A stretch of DNA of 64,000 bases from Octopus vulgaris (GCA_951406725.2 OX597817.1:21204001-21268000), one strand, 5' to 3'. Counted from the stretch's first letter, positions 1-14,231 are shown. The notes: generated by a model not told the origin, from the letters alone. Program-made: numbers and translations.

Positions 1-299
1 GTTACAACTGCCACTACTTGTTAGTGATTCAGAACAGACAAAAGATATATTTGCAGCAACGGCAGCAGTAGCAGCATTAGATTTAGGGAAAAGTGAGTCG
101 TGACACCCTATTTGCAAAGTAGCTGTTATCGTAAAAAAAATAAGGTCAGCAACTAAAACACAAGCAATTGCTAAGGAAATATTATTAAACAAGTAGGATG
201 ATAAGAATCGGCATCACAATTTAGGCTGCAGCACAAATCTCTCTCTCTCATTCTCTCTCTTTCGTCTCGCTCCCCTTTCTGTCTCCCTCTCTCTCACTT

Positions 300-300
300 C

Positions 301-371
<71 letters not shown>

Positions 372-434
372 ACTATCTATCTATATGTCTGTCTGTCTAT
401 CTGTCTGTCTATCTATCTATCTATCTATCTATCA

Positions 435-498
<64 letters not shown>

Positions 499-671
499 GT
501 CTAACTGTCTGTCTGTGTATCTATATATCTATCTATCTATCTAACTACATATATATGTGTGTGCGCGTGAGCGCGTATGCGTCTGTGTGTGGATGTGTTT
601 ATAGGAAAATATGCATAATAGAACTTTCTGCATGCGTCACTGCATGTCGCTACAACCTATGTATGTATATG

Positions 672-728
<57 letters not shown>

Positions 729-777
729 TATTTCATGTTTACAGTTTTTGACCCCCTGTACCCATATATGCATATAA

Positions 778-845
<68 letters not shown>

Positions 846-901
846 ATATCTATCTATATATCTCTATATATATATAAAATATATATATATATATATATAT
901 A
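300..901. repeat. Compound microsatellite: (TATC)n, (TA)n, (TG)n
   Basis: (ctat)n at ~300-545 and ~778-845, (ta)n at ~674-724 and ~880-901, directly visible. Confidence 0.95.
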
Positions 902-903
902 TA

Positions 904-1324
904 GGCGCAGGAGTGGCTGTGTGGTAAGTAGCTTGTTTACCAACCACATGGTTCCGGGTTCAGTCCCACTGCGTGGCACCTTGGGCAAGTGTCTTCTACT
1001 ATAGCCTCGGGCCGACCAAAGCATTGTGAGTGGATTTGGTAGACGGAAACTGAAAGAATCCTGTCGCATATATGTATATATATATATGTATGTGTGTGCG
1101 TTTGTGTGTCTGTGTTTGTCCCCCTAGCATTGCTTGACAACCGATGCTGGTGTGTTTATGTCCCCGTGGCTTAGCGGTTCGGCGAAAAGAGACCGATAGA
1201 ATAAGTACTGGGCTTACAAAGAATAAGTTCCGGGGTCGAGTTGCTCGATTAAAGGCGGTGCTGCAGCATGGCCGCACTCAAATGACTGAAACAAGTAAAA
1301 GAGTAAAAGAGAGAGTAAAAGAGT
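904..1324 (+). mobile_element. tRNA-derived SINE with CORE-like segment (family A; resembles Octopus OR-type SINEs)
   Basis: A-box-like TGGCTGTGTGG and B-box-like GGTTCAGTCC, then a CORE-like ccttgggcaagtgtcttctactatagcctc, an internal (TA/TG)n, and a 3' tail of (GAGTAAAA)n. Diverged homologues at ~10.9-11.3, 20.2-20.5 and 51.7-52.05 kb. Confidence 0.85.
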
Positions 1325-1370
1325 ATGTATATATATATATATATATGCATACATACATGTATGTGTTCGT

Positions 1371-1404
<34 letters not shown>

Positions 1405-2799
1405 ACGTGTTTGTGTATGTGCTTGCACTATATTCCCCATAATTTTCAGTTTATTATTCTAGGCAGCGGAAGTTTTCAAAACTCTGGTAAGGTTAGCGAG
1501 ACTATAAAAGAAAATAAATCTCATTCATATTTTTTTCTTTTCTCCGATTGCTGATGAAAGCGAAATATGATAGGACATCCAGACAGATGATTTATCACAT
1601 ATGTTCATCTTATTAAAATTAATTTTTTTTAATATACCTACTTTGAATAGATTTTACTAAGTGTCATCAGTTTCAAGTTGTCCGTATACATTCGAATTTC
1701 AGCATCTGAAACTTCCCCTCATTCCATTTCATTGAGCTCTATACTAAGATCTTGCATGATGTGCAAAGAAATGATGTTGATATATTTCTGAAATGCACCT
1801 ATAATATTAGTAGTAATGATTATATACATATATATCAAGAATAATAACGGTAACAATATAAATAAGACGAATAATAATAATACAGATGATTGTATGTATG
1901 TGTGTACATATGTACGTATCTCTGTACGCTTGTGTGAGCATGAGTAAATATGTGTGTGTCTATGTGTGTGTGTATCTGTCTGATCTGTACATGTCTCTGT
2001 TTAAGTATAAACCTCCAGAAAATTTCCGTTTTGAGAAACGTAAAAAATATCAAGGAAAGAAGACGAGAGACGAAAAAAGAAATTGAGCATGTTTACATCC
2101 GTAACAGAGTATATATTTAGTTTGTGTTTATACTTGCATTTAATAGTGCAACTGCGAGCTAAGCTGCATCTTTCATATGCATTCATTTTTTTTATATCTT
2201 GAATGTATATCTTATATATATATATATGTATCATTATTTTTCTCAATCATGATTTTTCAGTATTGTTTCTTTTCCTTTTCACTCTAGGTGGTTCTTTCCC
2301 TCTCACTCATTCTCTCCTCCTCTCTCGCTCTACATACACACTCTTTCATCATCCCCCTATATGTATATATAATCACATATTTTGACTAGTATATAGTTAT
2401 GCATGTAATATATATATGTGTGTATTCACGTACATGTGCATATATTTTCGAAGTCTGACTAATATTAGGCAGCTTGTAGAAAGTTATAAACAGGGGAGGC
2501 GTATGAAAACATGCTGGCCGCACGTAGATGAAAAAATATCATTTCTCCATTTTTCCTGTGCATTATGTTAACCTTTTTGCCTTCGTGTTCCTTCCATCCA
2601 TCTCAAATTATTAGCATCTATACAGCTATTTTTTTATTTTTTACTGCATCTACCTCAATTACTTTTTTTGATATAATCTTCATCGTCTTATTTTATTCTC
2701 TGTTTATTTTTTCTTCATCGATTTCATTCTATCCATCCCTATACCCGACGTTACGCGTTCCATAGAAGAAAACAAATTCTCACGAAACACCTTGCATTA

Positions 2800-5700
2800 A
2801 GCAAAGAATTTTGTGACAGTAAATGATATCATAACAAGTTTTCGTTAAGGTTTATCTCTGGTTACAAATGTTTCCCCGAATGAAAAAAAAATGCTAAGAT
2901 TCAGTCCTGATCTAAGAGAAGTGCATTGGAGATACTGCACAATGTTCATGGTCTACCTTTAATTCAAGACCTCGAAATCGCAGAGTGTTATGTTTGAAAA
3001 GACGTAGTGCAAAGTGTGGAAGCGATATGACTTTCGGAAGATTGCACTGTCCTGAACAGTACATTAGTAAATTTGCAGTTTCCTCTCTGTTCTCATATTT
3101 TGTTTGTTATTTAATTAGGATCATCCTCGGTATATTCACCTATTCAACATTACGAATAACATATTTAAACAAGCATAACAAAATCAAAGTTACAACAGTT
3201 AGACTTTACATGATTAATCGGATATAGATAAGCACCAATCTTTATTGATAGTACTGAGTAGTCAATGTCTCGTAAGTACTTAGAACATTGGGGTCAGCAA
3301 AGCCTAGTACAAACTGTACACGCAACTGGCAATCAATTTCAGGCAACTAGGTACAAATTTCTGTAAATTTCTGTAAATGAATGTATGCTCCATTCATATG
3401 AATTCCTCTTGGTTCGAAAACTACATATTTCAACAATAACATTGGACGGGTTCAAATAATCAGTAACATTTGTCTCAGGGGCTTACTTTTCTTTCATGCT
3501 TCTGCTTGAACAAGCACCTCAAATTAATTTTGGCAAAAAGAGTGACTTATACCTCATGTGAACTAAACCTCCCTCACAACTGTTCTCCACGAAAAAAAAT
3601 ATTTTCATTTTATCCATTCCCATAATCCTTTCGATGTAAGTTCTCGTGAAATATTCTTTTTCTACGAATATCAACGGAACAGACCTTTTGGCATACTAAA
3701 TTCAATAGACATGTTCGTGTATTCTCACTGTCAGTTCTTTGTGAGCCGAGCAGCCTCACAATGAAAATTAAAAGTACTTTACCCTTCAGCTCCTGTTCAT
3801 AAAACACACGACTGCTTTGTTTTCGTGAGATAACATATCGATTTAAAATTACAAGAAAATATATATAAAGTGGAACATAAATATAGTATTTTCTTATGTC
3901 ACACAACTGAAATTATAAACAGAGTCTGAAAAGTTTCAAACATTTTAGGAACTTGGAAGAATTCACCTCCAGATATATATTAACATTATAATAAAAGTAT
4001 ACGTAAATGCATTATATAAAAAGGAATATATTACAAGATAGTTCATTCGATTTTAGTAAATATACATTCTATACTACCTACTTAAGTATCGACATATGAG
4101 CACGTATAAGAATGCGTGCAGGATGGTCAACATAGCACATATGGATTTCTGTTTTACTTAGGTGCACATATACATTCATTTGCGTAAATACACGTTTATA
4201 TATATGCATTTATTACACTTCAATCATCAGGAATTTATATTACTTCACAATAATTTCACTGTCTTGTACCTGTAATTCTTTGAATTTCCATATCGTGTAT
4301 AGTTTTGTGTTGTCCATTTTATCAGAATGTGCTGAGAGCAATTTCAAGGTTATCCTTACTTGAGAAATGGATGAAATAATTCAAAGAAAACCGTAACAAT
4401 GTCAACTGCTCTCGACGTTTCCATGCTCAGCATTTACTTTTTCGTTACGCACTCTCTGTACATTATTCATGTACACTTCATTGTTAATTCTTAAATTTCT
4501 CAAATATTGATTGTTAATTTTATGAAGCAAATTAAATGTTAATATACAGGTATAGGTGAACGCTGTTGTCAAACAAAATTTGAAAGCACAAATAATCTTC
4601 AAAGATACAAAAATATTTGTGCTACTTATAAGATCACACATTGATCGTTTTGTCAAATAACTGCTTATATCTCAAATAGCTGCAACTGGGATGTGTTCCA
4701 CAATGGTGTACCAAAATACTCTTCTCCATTAGCTTTGGTAGGTTCTGAGTTTCATGTTCTATTTTTTCAGCCAATAATATCGATGCATTTGAGTGGACTT
4801 CATCCTCTCTATATTCATGGATTCTGCCAAATATAATATTGTATATATCTCAATAATCAGCATTGTAGCACTAGCCATCAAAGCTTCCCCCATATTGCTG
4901 AAGAACAGCAAAAATTGGTGAAATGCACGTGTACATAGCAAGTTTGTTCTTGTACTAATGCAGTGAGATGTTTAAGATTTAAAGAACGTCGTGTACGTAA
5001 AATAAATGCATTCTTGAGTAAATTTTGTCTTCGTCTTTGAGATGTCGGCTCCAGTACGAATACGTTCCATACATTAAGGCCACTATTCCTCACCTTGGGA
5101 TATCTGATTATCAGATGTTTTATACCATCACGAAACCTAATGTATTCGAAATCACAAAACATTCTGAACTGTGTGTAATCATTTAAAGAAATTTACTGAT
5201 GGTTTTTATCTACGTTAAAGGTTGTATTCATTTATCTTCAGAGGGATCAAATTTTGGCAACACCAACTGCAACAAACGGTAATTGGGCTCATGGTCTTGC
5301 TCATAATGCACTTGAACTGTGAGAGCGAAATCATCTGCATGGTCAAGAGCAGAGAGTTATAGTTGTTACTGATATCTTAATAGCTTTGACTTGATGATGG
5401 TTTTGAACTTGAATGGGTTCAAAATGTTGACTAAATATTTGGTCCACTACAATCACAGACATTAATTCAGTTGCCTTTGAGAGCTCTTTAGTTGTACCAT
5501 CTGGATTTTGTATATCAGAGATTTTCTTACATCTAATCAAGGACATCCTAGTTCTACAGGATACGTAACATGGCCTCCTCTAAGCATTAGAAAGCACTTC
5601 AAGAAAGCACGAATAACATTAATGAATTTTTATTTATTTTTTGCATTATCATTCAAATACGGTAGTATTTGAATAATATTCTGAAGGCTGCAATTTATTC

Positions 5701-7150
5701 ACAGGCAACATTTCTCGGAGATTGTCGCTTATACAGATCTTAACCAAATTAAAAACTGTTAACATTGTGGAAGAGGTCTGGTCCATAGCAACATTTTCCA
5801 ATAAATAAACTGAGATTTGGTCTAAAAGTAAAACGTTTACATCAAAATTTCCAGCTACGTCACAGGAGAGTAAGTAACGCCACGAATCACGTTTAGATCT
5901 AAATGACATTTTTATTTTAAAAGCCTAATATATTATTCTTAGACCAACGCTTAATCCTTCAGAACATATGTTTATTAAAGATCGTAATTCCCAAAATTTT
6001 ACAATAGTTCATTGTTTAATCCGATACATCTAGGAATTTACCTTTTTTTTTTTTTTCGAAGAGATGAAAATGTTTGCGGTCTGTAAAAGTGTTTTATTAC
6101 CGATGTGGCATAATTATGTTGATACACTGCGTAATGATTCTGTGGGTTTTGTTGAAGATAGTGATATATTTGTTACTGAATTAAAATGTCCGACTGCTTG
6201 TTATACAGAATATTTGAGAAAGGTGATAATTTAAGTGGATTACTGTTCTGAGAATGATGTATTGGAAAAAGTTTTGAATAAGGTGTATATAGATGTGACC
6301 CTGTAAAAAGAGTCACGGTGAATAAAATGCTATAGAACGTATTAATTCATAGAATTAGAAAATATTGCATCACAAAAGAAATGACAGATAAGAGATATCA
6401 GGATAATCGTTTAATCGATCTTGCACATAGGTCAATGAACGTTTACTAATGAAGCAGAAGGACGGTAGAGGTTGTATTGAATCTAAGATATTCATTCAAG
6501 TAGCAGCTGTCTCGTCTTTCCTGTGTCAGAAATTCACATTGTTCTTGCACGTCATCAGATGGTAGGCTCAAATAGATATTTCTGAAATAACGGATAGTTT
6601 GAAAATGAAGAATGTGGTAGTGTTTGTCAAATGATCGCTGCCACATACATACATTAATATTTTGCCACAAAACAACTAAAGGAATTTAACTAAAAAAATT
6701 CTCTATTTGGATAAGTGTATGGATGTGTAAGCGAGTACTGAGCGACAGTTATGTCATTAACGTATAGAAATTGAGTATAAGTAACTAAATTCAACCTTCT
6801 TGTACAGCTGATGACATCTTTATAAAGGTTATCAATAAGAACTATAAACCTCTCTGTAAATCCCTTATTTACCCAAAGTGACCTTAAACATGAGTGGCCT
6901 CCCCATTGAGGCTATCTGGTGTTGCATCACTTGCTGAAAAGTTCAGCTAGTTCATCTAACACTACATAATCTTTAAATATTTTGGACACCAACAGAAAAG
7001 TGGTAAGAATGCTTGTAATGTTGTAGATTCTGCAAAAAGCATCCTGGAGTCAATAGGGAACCCATTAAATCTATTTTTCTAGATGTGGGATAGTTATACA
7101 GCCTCCACACGGATTTCGAATAAATAATTGCAAGCTTAAAGATTAGGTCA
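2800..7150 (-). pseudogene. Degraded endogenous viral element: Bunyaviricetes-like L protein (RdRp) remnant, EVE-1
   Basis: Minus-strand hand translation across stops/frameshifts gives, in order: FQTIRYFRNIYLSLPSD (~6604-6555); IFNK..GLRIIY (premotif A-like, ~5985-5925); FLKCFLMLRGGHVTYPVEL (~5610-5548); caaaggcaactgaattaa ~QGNLN (motif B-like, 5479-5462); LDHADDF (motif C-like, 5344-5327); KTISKFL*MIT (motifs D/E-like, ~5210-5174); CDFEYIRFRDG..MERIRTGADIS; QQYGGSFD (~4900-4875); HPARILIR (~4127-4100). Microsatellite-free over more than 4 kb. Outer limits approximate. Confidence 0.65.
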
Positions 7151-7749
7151 GCCTGAGGTGATAGTGGAAGATGATTACTCAAGTCTCAACTCATCGGGAT
7201 AGAACCGAAAATATGAACGTGTAAAGCGAAACTTAACTACTCAACATCGTCTGTATCACTTCCAAAATCACGCTGACCTTGATATGCAACAGTACATATA
7301 TATTCTGTAATATACACATCGCCTATATTTCAGTATAAGAGAAGGACAGTTTCACTGAATCAACAGAGACCTATTAGAATTTATCTGCATCAATAAGCTT
7401 TTTGCTCCAACGTGTCAAAATCTGACATTCTATTCCCAACTAAAAATATATATGTATTCTTCTAGGTTAGTTTTGACAGAGTTTGCTTTCAACTGCATCA
7501 AAATCTCAATTACACACGGACACTAAAATCTCTTATTTCATACGAAATATACCCAACAGAGCAGATCCCTGTAGCGGGATCAAAAATGAAAACAGTTATA
7601 TCAAAACTGGAACTTACCACTAATGAGACATTGCGTTTCTCCTGCGCTGTGTGTCGAAGTTTGTCAGTTATGGTTTCCCTAAAGTATTTTGATCAAATAC
7701 ATATACCGCATTGCCAAGATCAGTCACAAAAGCTTGCGTACATAGACAG

Positions 7750-7988
7750 CGTCTCTCTCTCACTCTTTCTCCCTGTCTCTCATTCTCATACATACAAACC
7801 GAAACACATATATACACATGCACGTACTAAAATTTTTGTGTGCCTAACTGTATCTAAGAATATTCGTAAATATATGTGTGTATGTGTGTATGTATATATA
7901 TGTATATATGTATATATGTGTATGTGTGTGTATATATATATAATTATTTATATATATATACATATACATATATATATATGTATGTATG

Positions 7989-8025
<37 letters not shown>

Positions 8026-8095
8026 GTATGTATGTATGAAAGTATATATACATACATATATTTATATATATATATATATATATATACATATATAT
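7750..8095. repeat. Compound (TC)/(TA)/(TATG) microsatellite
   Basis: Directly visible; source of the YIYI-type ORFs here. Confidence 0.9.
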
Positions 8096-10249
8096 CACCA
8101 CGTGCGCTCGTTTGCATCTTAGTGCTTTTGTGGTTGCGTGCATTATTTATATGCCTGTAAGTAATTGTGGTGCGAGTGTACTTATGCAGAGTTCACTAGA
8201 AATAAACGGTTTCAAAAATCAATGAGCTGCAATTGGTGAAAAGTTAGGAAAGGTGATGAATAGTCAAAGTTTATGACATATGCACATTTATCATACTCTA
8301 TGAATAAAACTGCTAACCACAGTAGTCGGGGAAAAACATAACACGGAATCAAATATCTTTCCGATTTTGTTTCTTAGCAGTTACTTGAAAGAAAATGATC
8401 ATTGTAATGAATACTACATCAAAGCATATTATTTGATGCTCAGTTACATTGTTTTGAACAATAGACAAAAATCGATTTGGTGACCAATTAAGAAAGACTG
8501 CTCATCATATCAAACTATTTAATACAGGACGTTGAACCTCCACCGACTAAATATCACGTATGCATGTGTGAGAAATGTTTGCAGGGGGTATATGTTTGGG
8601 TGTATATTTAATTGTATTAATCGTTAAATGCTTGTGAATTGATGATTGTATTTCGAAGAGAATGAGACAAAAGCAATCGATTCCCTTATTCAAATATTAT
8701 AGGGAATTCCCAACACTTTCTGTTTCATAGAGTTTCCAACGTAGAATGTGTCTAAGGGTAATATTAACAGGAGAAAATTAGCTTAACAGAATTCTATTTT
8801 TGTATACCACAAAATGCTTCAAACACAACATTACAAACTATGGAAACACTTATCCATAATGCTTCAATCCCCAGTGCAAGGTAATTAACACATGCATGTT
8901 AGCTAAGCATCTTGCAAAACTATACTTAGGTGCCCTGTGTTAAATATTGTTGCAAGTGTTTTATCGATTCTGAAGTCCTTTGAGTTCGGTGATACAACAT
9001 TCTTTTGTGCAAACCAGAGTCAATCTCCAAGCATGCATATTGAAGAGCACATATATGCACTCATACATACATCGACATATTCTCATGTGGTATTTCCACA
9101 TTAAAATCATTATTAATATGTATAGAGCTTATAATGCCACACACCATTCTTATAAAGCTTTTGTAGGATATTCCTCGTGATCACTTTACATGTAAGAGTG
9201 TAGGTGGAACTCCGTCCACTGAAAAATATCCGATTCCTACACTGACATTTTTCCACATGAAATTTCAGTCTTGTATTTTCACGTATTGACTAGAGCATAC
9301 TGTATCATTAATACTAACCAGATAGTATTTATTTTGTAATGGAAGTGAAATGACTGCAGTCATTGATTAAAATTATATCACTACCTATATACGTATTCAA
9401 GCTTAGAATAGGAGATAGCATAATAGACACACACCCGTCAGTAAATAAGGAGTTTCAATCACCGTTTGCAGTTATATTATTTAAATTTCACTATAATTAG
9501 TTTATCGAGAGGTTATCAGTTTTTCTATCGTAACGGATGTGATAGAAGGACAGATAACCTCACGAAAAACTGAGACTGTTTGCAGTAATGCTTTATTTTC
9601 ACTTTTATTCCTCTTCAGAATGGATTAGTGATATAATTTCCCTCTAGTGAATACACAATTTTCAATAATTTTCAAAGTGCGTGCCTACATTTCATTATAA
9701 TTTTCTCTAACATTCCAATACGATCATCTATATGAAACTAATGAAACATTATTAATATTTTATTAATATTTTATAAAATGTATTATAAATTATTAATAAA
9801 TTAATATGTATGTATTAATAATTGCCAATATATATTAAGAAACAGATTTAACAAATATACGCCATTATTTTTGCGATATATTCGCTTATTAACGGTATGT
9901 TTTTTTTCTAAATTAGCAATATTGATTAATATTGGCTCGAATCTCTCCCTCACTCCCTTTCTCTCTCCTTTTCCTTCCTACCTTCTAACTCTCTCTTTTA
10001 TCTCTCGCTCTATCGCTCTTTTCTTTAAACGACATAACCAGTCCGTAATATAGGGCATTTTGTCTTTCTTCACTCGGCACTATACGAACTGATCCAAGTT
10101 CATGAAATTCGCTGCAAGACTCAACTTTCCTATTAATGTAAGTGATAATATTCTTGATAGCGAATGCCGTGAATAGCGGCCATAACGGTTATTATAACAA
10201 GGTATTATTGCTTTGTGTATTAGGTTAACCACTTACTATTAAATTTAGC

Positions 10250-10410
10250 TGAAGGCGGCGATCAGATAGAATCTTTGGCACTGTTAGCGGAATGTTCAGT
10301 GGCATTTCATCCGTCTTCACTTTCTGAGTTCAAATTCCGCTGAGGTCGACAAAATAACTATTAGTTGAACAATTGGGGAACTTGCTGGCTGAGTGCTAAA
10401 ATTCGAAACC
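10250..10410 (+). mobile_element. Degraded SINE family B copy
   Basis: gaaggcggcga...ttctgagttcaaattccgctgaggtcgac matches the family B head seen at 14361-14591. Confidence 0.7.
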
Positions 10411-10924
10411 AATAGTAAATTTAGTAAAAATTTCATTGTAAAATGTGATTCTATCTCAAAGTGGGATATCACAATGTTCTTTCGTGTAGACAGCTCAAAT
10501 AGTGCGACTTTGTGTTCACTTCCTTCCTTCTAAGATGTATAGAATACATACAGCTCGTGTAAATTACGCACTCCTCGCTCGTTTAAGTCGCAGAAGAATG
10601 GCGTAAACCAATGAATGAATGAATTAAATATATTTGCATACATATATTTACACATATATTTAAACAAACGAATCGATTAATGAATCATGTAATCAAAATA
10701 TGTTTGTTTGTATGGGCGTGTGGAATATGTTGGTAGCATATGTGTGGAATATGTTGGTAGCAGAAATGAACCTGGTGGGACACTAACTTGAGAATTAATG
10801 ACACAGATCTCATAGGAAGCTACTAAATTAATACATGACTGATTGTTGAAGACTAAAGTGTCAAAGGCCGAATACGGTTGACTCGCTTCTGATATTTTTT
10901 TTTTCGTTTACATGTAACTTGTTT

Positions 10925-11137
10925 CATTTATTAGACTGTGCCCATACTGGGGCACTGTCTTGAAGACTTGTTAGTCAAATGAATTAACTCCAGTAGAATT
11001 TTTAAGCCTCGTAATTGTTCTATTGATTCTCTTCCCGAACTGCTAAATTTGAAGATGTAAACTTCAACATCGGTTGTCAAATGATGGTGGGGGACAAACA
11101 CAGACACAGGCTTATAAGCACACACACAAACACACAC

Positions 11138-11179
<42 letters not shown>

Positions 11180-11345
11180 GCACGCACACAAAAACACACA
11201 CATATATGACGAGCTACTTTTAAGTTTCCGCCTACTAAATCCACTCACAAGGCTCTGGTCGGCTCGAGGTTGCAGTACAAGATACTTGTCGATCGAGGGT
11301 ACCACGCAGTGAGACTGAACCCACAACTATGTGGTTGGGAAGCAA
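10925..11345 (-). mobile_element. Degraded SINE family A copy
   Basis: Reverse complement matches 904-1324 (ggttcagtctcactgcgtggtacc...ccgaccagagccttgtgagtggattt). Confidence 0.8.
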
Positions 11346-11569
11346 CGAAGAGGTTGCTGAGAATAGGGACTAATTTTGATGCACATTGCATGAGGGTAAT
11401 AAAAAATGGGCTCGAAAACCAGTCCTGCTTACCTTCTTGGTTTGAAGCCACCAAAATATGTGGGGAAGAGCAATAAATTCCCCAAATTTGTCTAAGTTAA
11501 GAGTTCAATACTATGTGATATGTGAAAGCAGATGAGTAGATTTCCGACATATCTACACAGCCGAATAGT

Positions 11570-11845
11570 GAAGGAGGGTGGCTTAGTGGTTAGGGTAATC
11601 AGCTCATTATCGTAAGGTCCTGAGTCCGATTCCCGGCGGTGCGTTGTGCTTTGAGCAAGACATAGATATTTCGTCTGCCGTTACGTTCTGAGTTCAAATT
11701 CCGCCGTCAACTTTGCCTTTGATCTTTTCGTGGTCGATTAAACAAGTACCAGTTAAGCACCGGGGTCGATGTAATCGACTTAATCTCTTTATCTGTCCTT
11801 ATTTCTCCTTTCTATATTTAGCTCCTCGTGGGCAATACAGAAATA
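11570..11845 (+). mobile_element. Chimera: tRNA-like SINE head (family C type) joined to a headless family B unit
   Basis: gtggcttagtggttaggg...gagtccgattccc...ttgagcaagaca, then an abrupt switch at ~11663 to tagatatttcgtctgccgttacgttctgagttcaaattccgccg...gtgggcaatacagaaata. Confidence 0.75.
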
Positions 11846-12108
11846 TATATTTATGAATGTATAAATATATACACAAACGCCTTCAAAATGCGTTCTATAT
11901 ATTTACCTATACATTGATCCTATGAATGCATTTGTTCATTGATCTCCTGTATAACTGTGCTTATATCATGGTTTACGCTTATATATTTACGTATAGGCAA
12001 GAAACGTGTATATTTATAGGCATATATATATAAATATATAGACCGGAGTAAACACATAAATGTGAAACAAGGTGGAAAAAAGAGTACTCAAATACCAGTG
12101 GTAGAGTA

Positions 12109-12202
<94 letters not shown>

Positions 12203-12273
12203 CGTATGTGTAGATATTTCCTCTATTATATATGTATTATTATGTATATACATTTGTGAATAAGATCCACGGC

Positions 12274-12351
<78 letters not shown>

Positions 12352-13169
12352 ACACCAATCTTTTCAAGTATATTTTATTGCCAACACATTTTCTTACTCA
12401 TTTTTTTCTTTAGATCTAGTGTAAAGATTTCGTACGATTTCCCCACTTATCATTCTCCATACCATTTTCTTTTCATATTAATTCCTTTTTCACACACCTT
12501 TTGTATTTTCTTAGGTTTATGTCTATAATTGTAAGCAGTAACCCCTGTAGCAAAAGAGAAATGTTCTTTACAAAATTAGCCTTGGTTTTGCTCTTTTGCA
12601 CTGCATATTTAAGGGATCACACGGCATCATGTGCACATTCATGGTAATTTGGTAATGTGTACAGGAAGAGATGTATCCGCAATCATATTTATTCCCCAAT
12701 CAACTCTTAGTAGTTAATGAGTGTTTGTATGCTCATATCAAAGTACTTTGAACTTTTTGACATAGCATATTATTTTTATCAGATCTTCACTTATAGATTC
12801 CGTTATAGTTTCACTTTACGCGTGTTTTTTTTTTCTTTTACAACGTATCATCAGAGTTCATTCTTGCATGAGGTACAATTCCTTAGTTTGTATAATCAAG
12901 AGCTAATGAAAGTGGCTGACTGAATAACTGTTTGAATTATGAAAACACCAAAAAGGGCAAGGGCTCCAAATGTGTTCACTTTTGGATTCCTCTCACAATA
13001 GGTTTATCCTTCCAGTGGCAGATCACCCTTGGCTGCACCGTCTGACTTATTTCACTCGAAAAGTCTTCCTTAAATTTCTATCCATGTCAAGATCACACAA
13101 GATGGGGTACACCGCCAGGTACTTGACTTTGTCGTCTCCATATACATGCTAACAGTCGGATGATGGCGC

Positions 13170-13388
13170 AGAGAGAAATGGAGAGAGAGAGAGGGGGGAG
13201 AGAGAGGTAGCGAGAGACAGAGAGAGAGGGAGAGAGAGAGCGAGTGAGAGAGGGAGAGAGAGAAAGAGATATTGAAAGAGTGGAAGAAATAATTAAAGAT
13301 AAAAATGTGTGTGTATTTGTAGCCAGGAAAGAGGGAGAAATAAAAGCGATTATATAGCATAACTAATATCATATACAGATTATGGATG

Positions 13389-13473
<85 letters not shown>

Positions 13474-13492
13474 ATAGATAGCTAGACAGATT

Positions 13493-13542
<50 letters not shown>

Positions 13543-13545
13543 GAT
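13170..13545. repeat. (GA)n and (GATA)n microsatellites
   Basis: Directly visible. Confidence 0.9.
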
Positions 13546-14141
13546 GTGATATGGGATTCGAATATTGAATCATTTCAATATTTAACGTGGAATCACATGT
13601 ACAAAAGCACCCACACGTTAAACGGGCACACAGACAAATATCAGAGCTAGGAAACTCGATTACACACACGCATATAATTAATTCTATTCTGTTCAGTCAG
13701 ATATACTGACTCAAGGATATAGACAGACAGTGGAGCAACGCAAATAAATTGATCGATATGGGAGGCGAATGAAAAGAGAGTGAGTGACAGAGAAAAGGGG
13801 GTGAGAGAATGCATAATCGAAGGTAATTCGTGTGCCTGTGTAAGTGTGTGTGTGTGTGACAATATACATACACGCACAGACATATACATATAACAAAAGC
13901 GGGCCCAAACAAAATATACAAGCACGAAGATATACACACAGACGCACGCACTCACACACACAAATATGCACACAAAATGCACACATACACACACTAAGAG
14001 TATAAGTTAATATCACGAAAGTGGAGGGAGAAGAGCAACTAAAGTAACATGAAAAACACTATGTGTTTATGTAAAATACAAAAAAATATATTCGATATTC
14101 AGGATTCATTCCGAAGAGCGTATGTGTCAATCAGCAGGTGC

Positions 14142-14231
<90 letters not shown>

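Noticed and set aside
555-1004. YIYI/CVCV/THTH-type ORFs here and throughout the window
   Set aside because: Artefacts of (TA)n, (TG)n and (TATC)n tracts, which lack stop codons.
5327-5350. LDHADDFAL as a LINE reverse transcriptase YADD motif
   Set aside because: No other RT motifs (QG..LSP, YLG) nearby; the flanking motifs fit a viral L better. Kept only as an alternative to test.
13110-13145. YGDD as a positive-strand RNA virus RdRp motif C
   Set aside because: No accompanying motif A or B found at the expected spacing; a four-residue match alone is not evidence.
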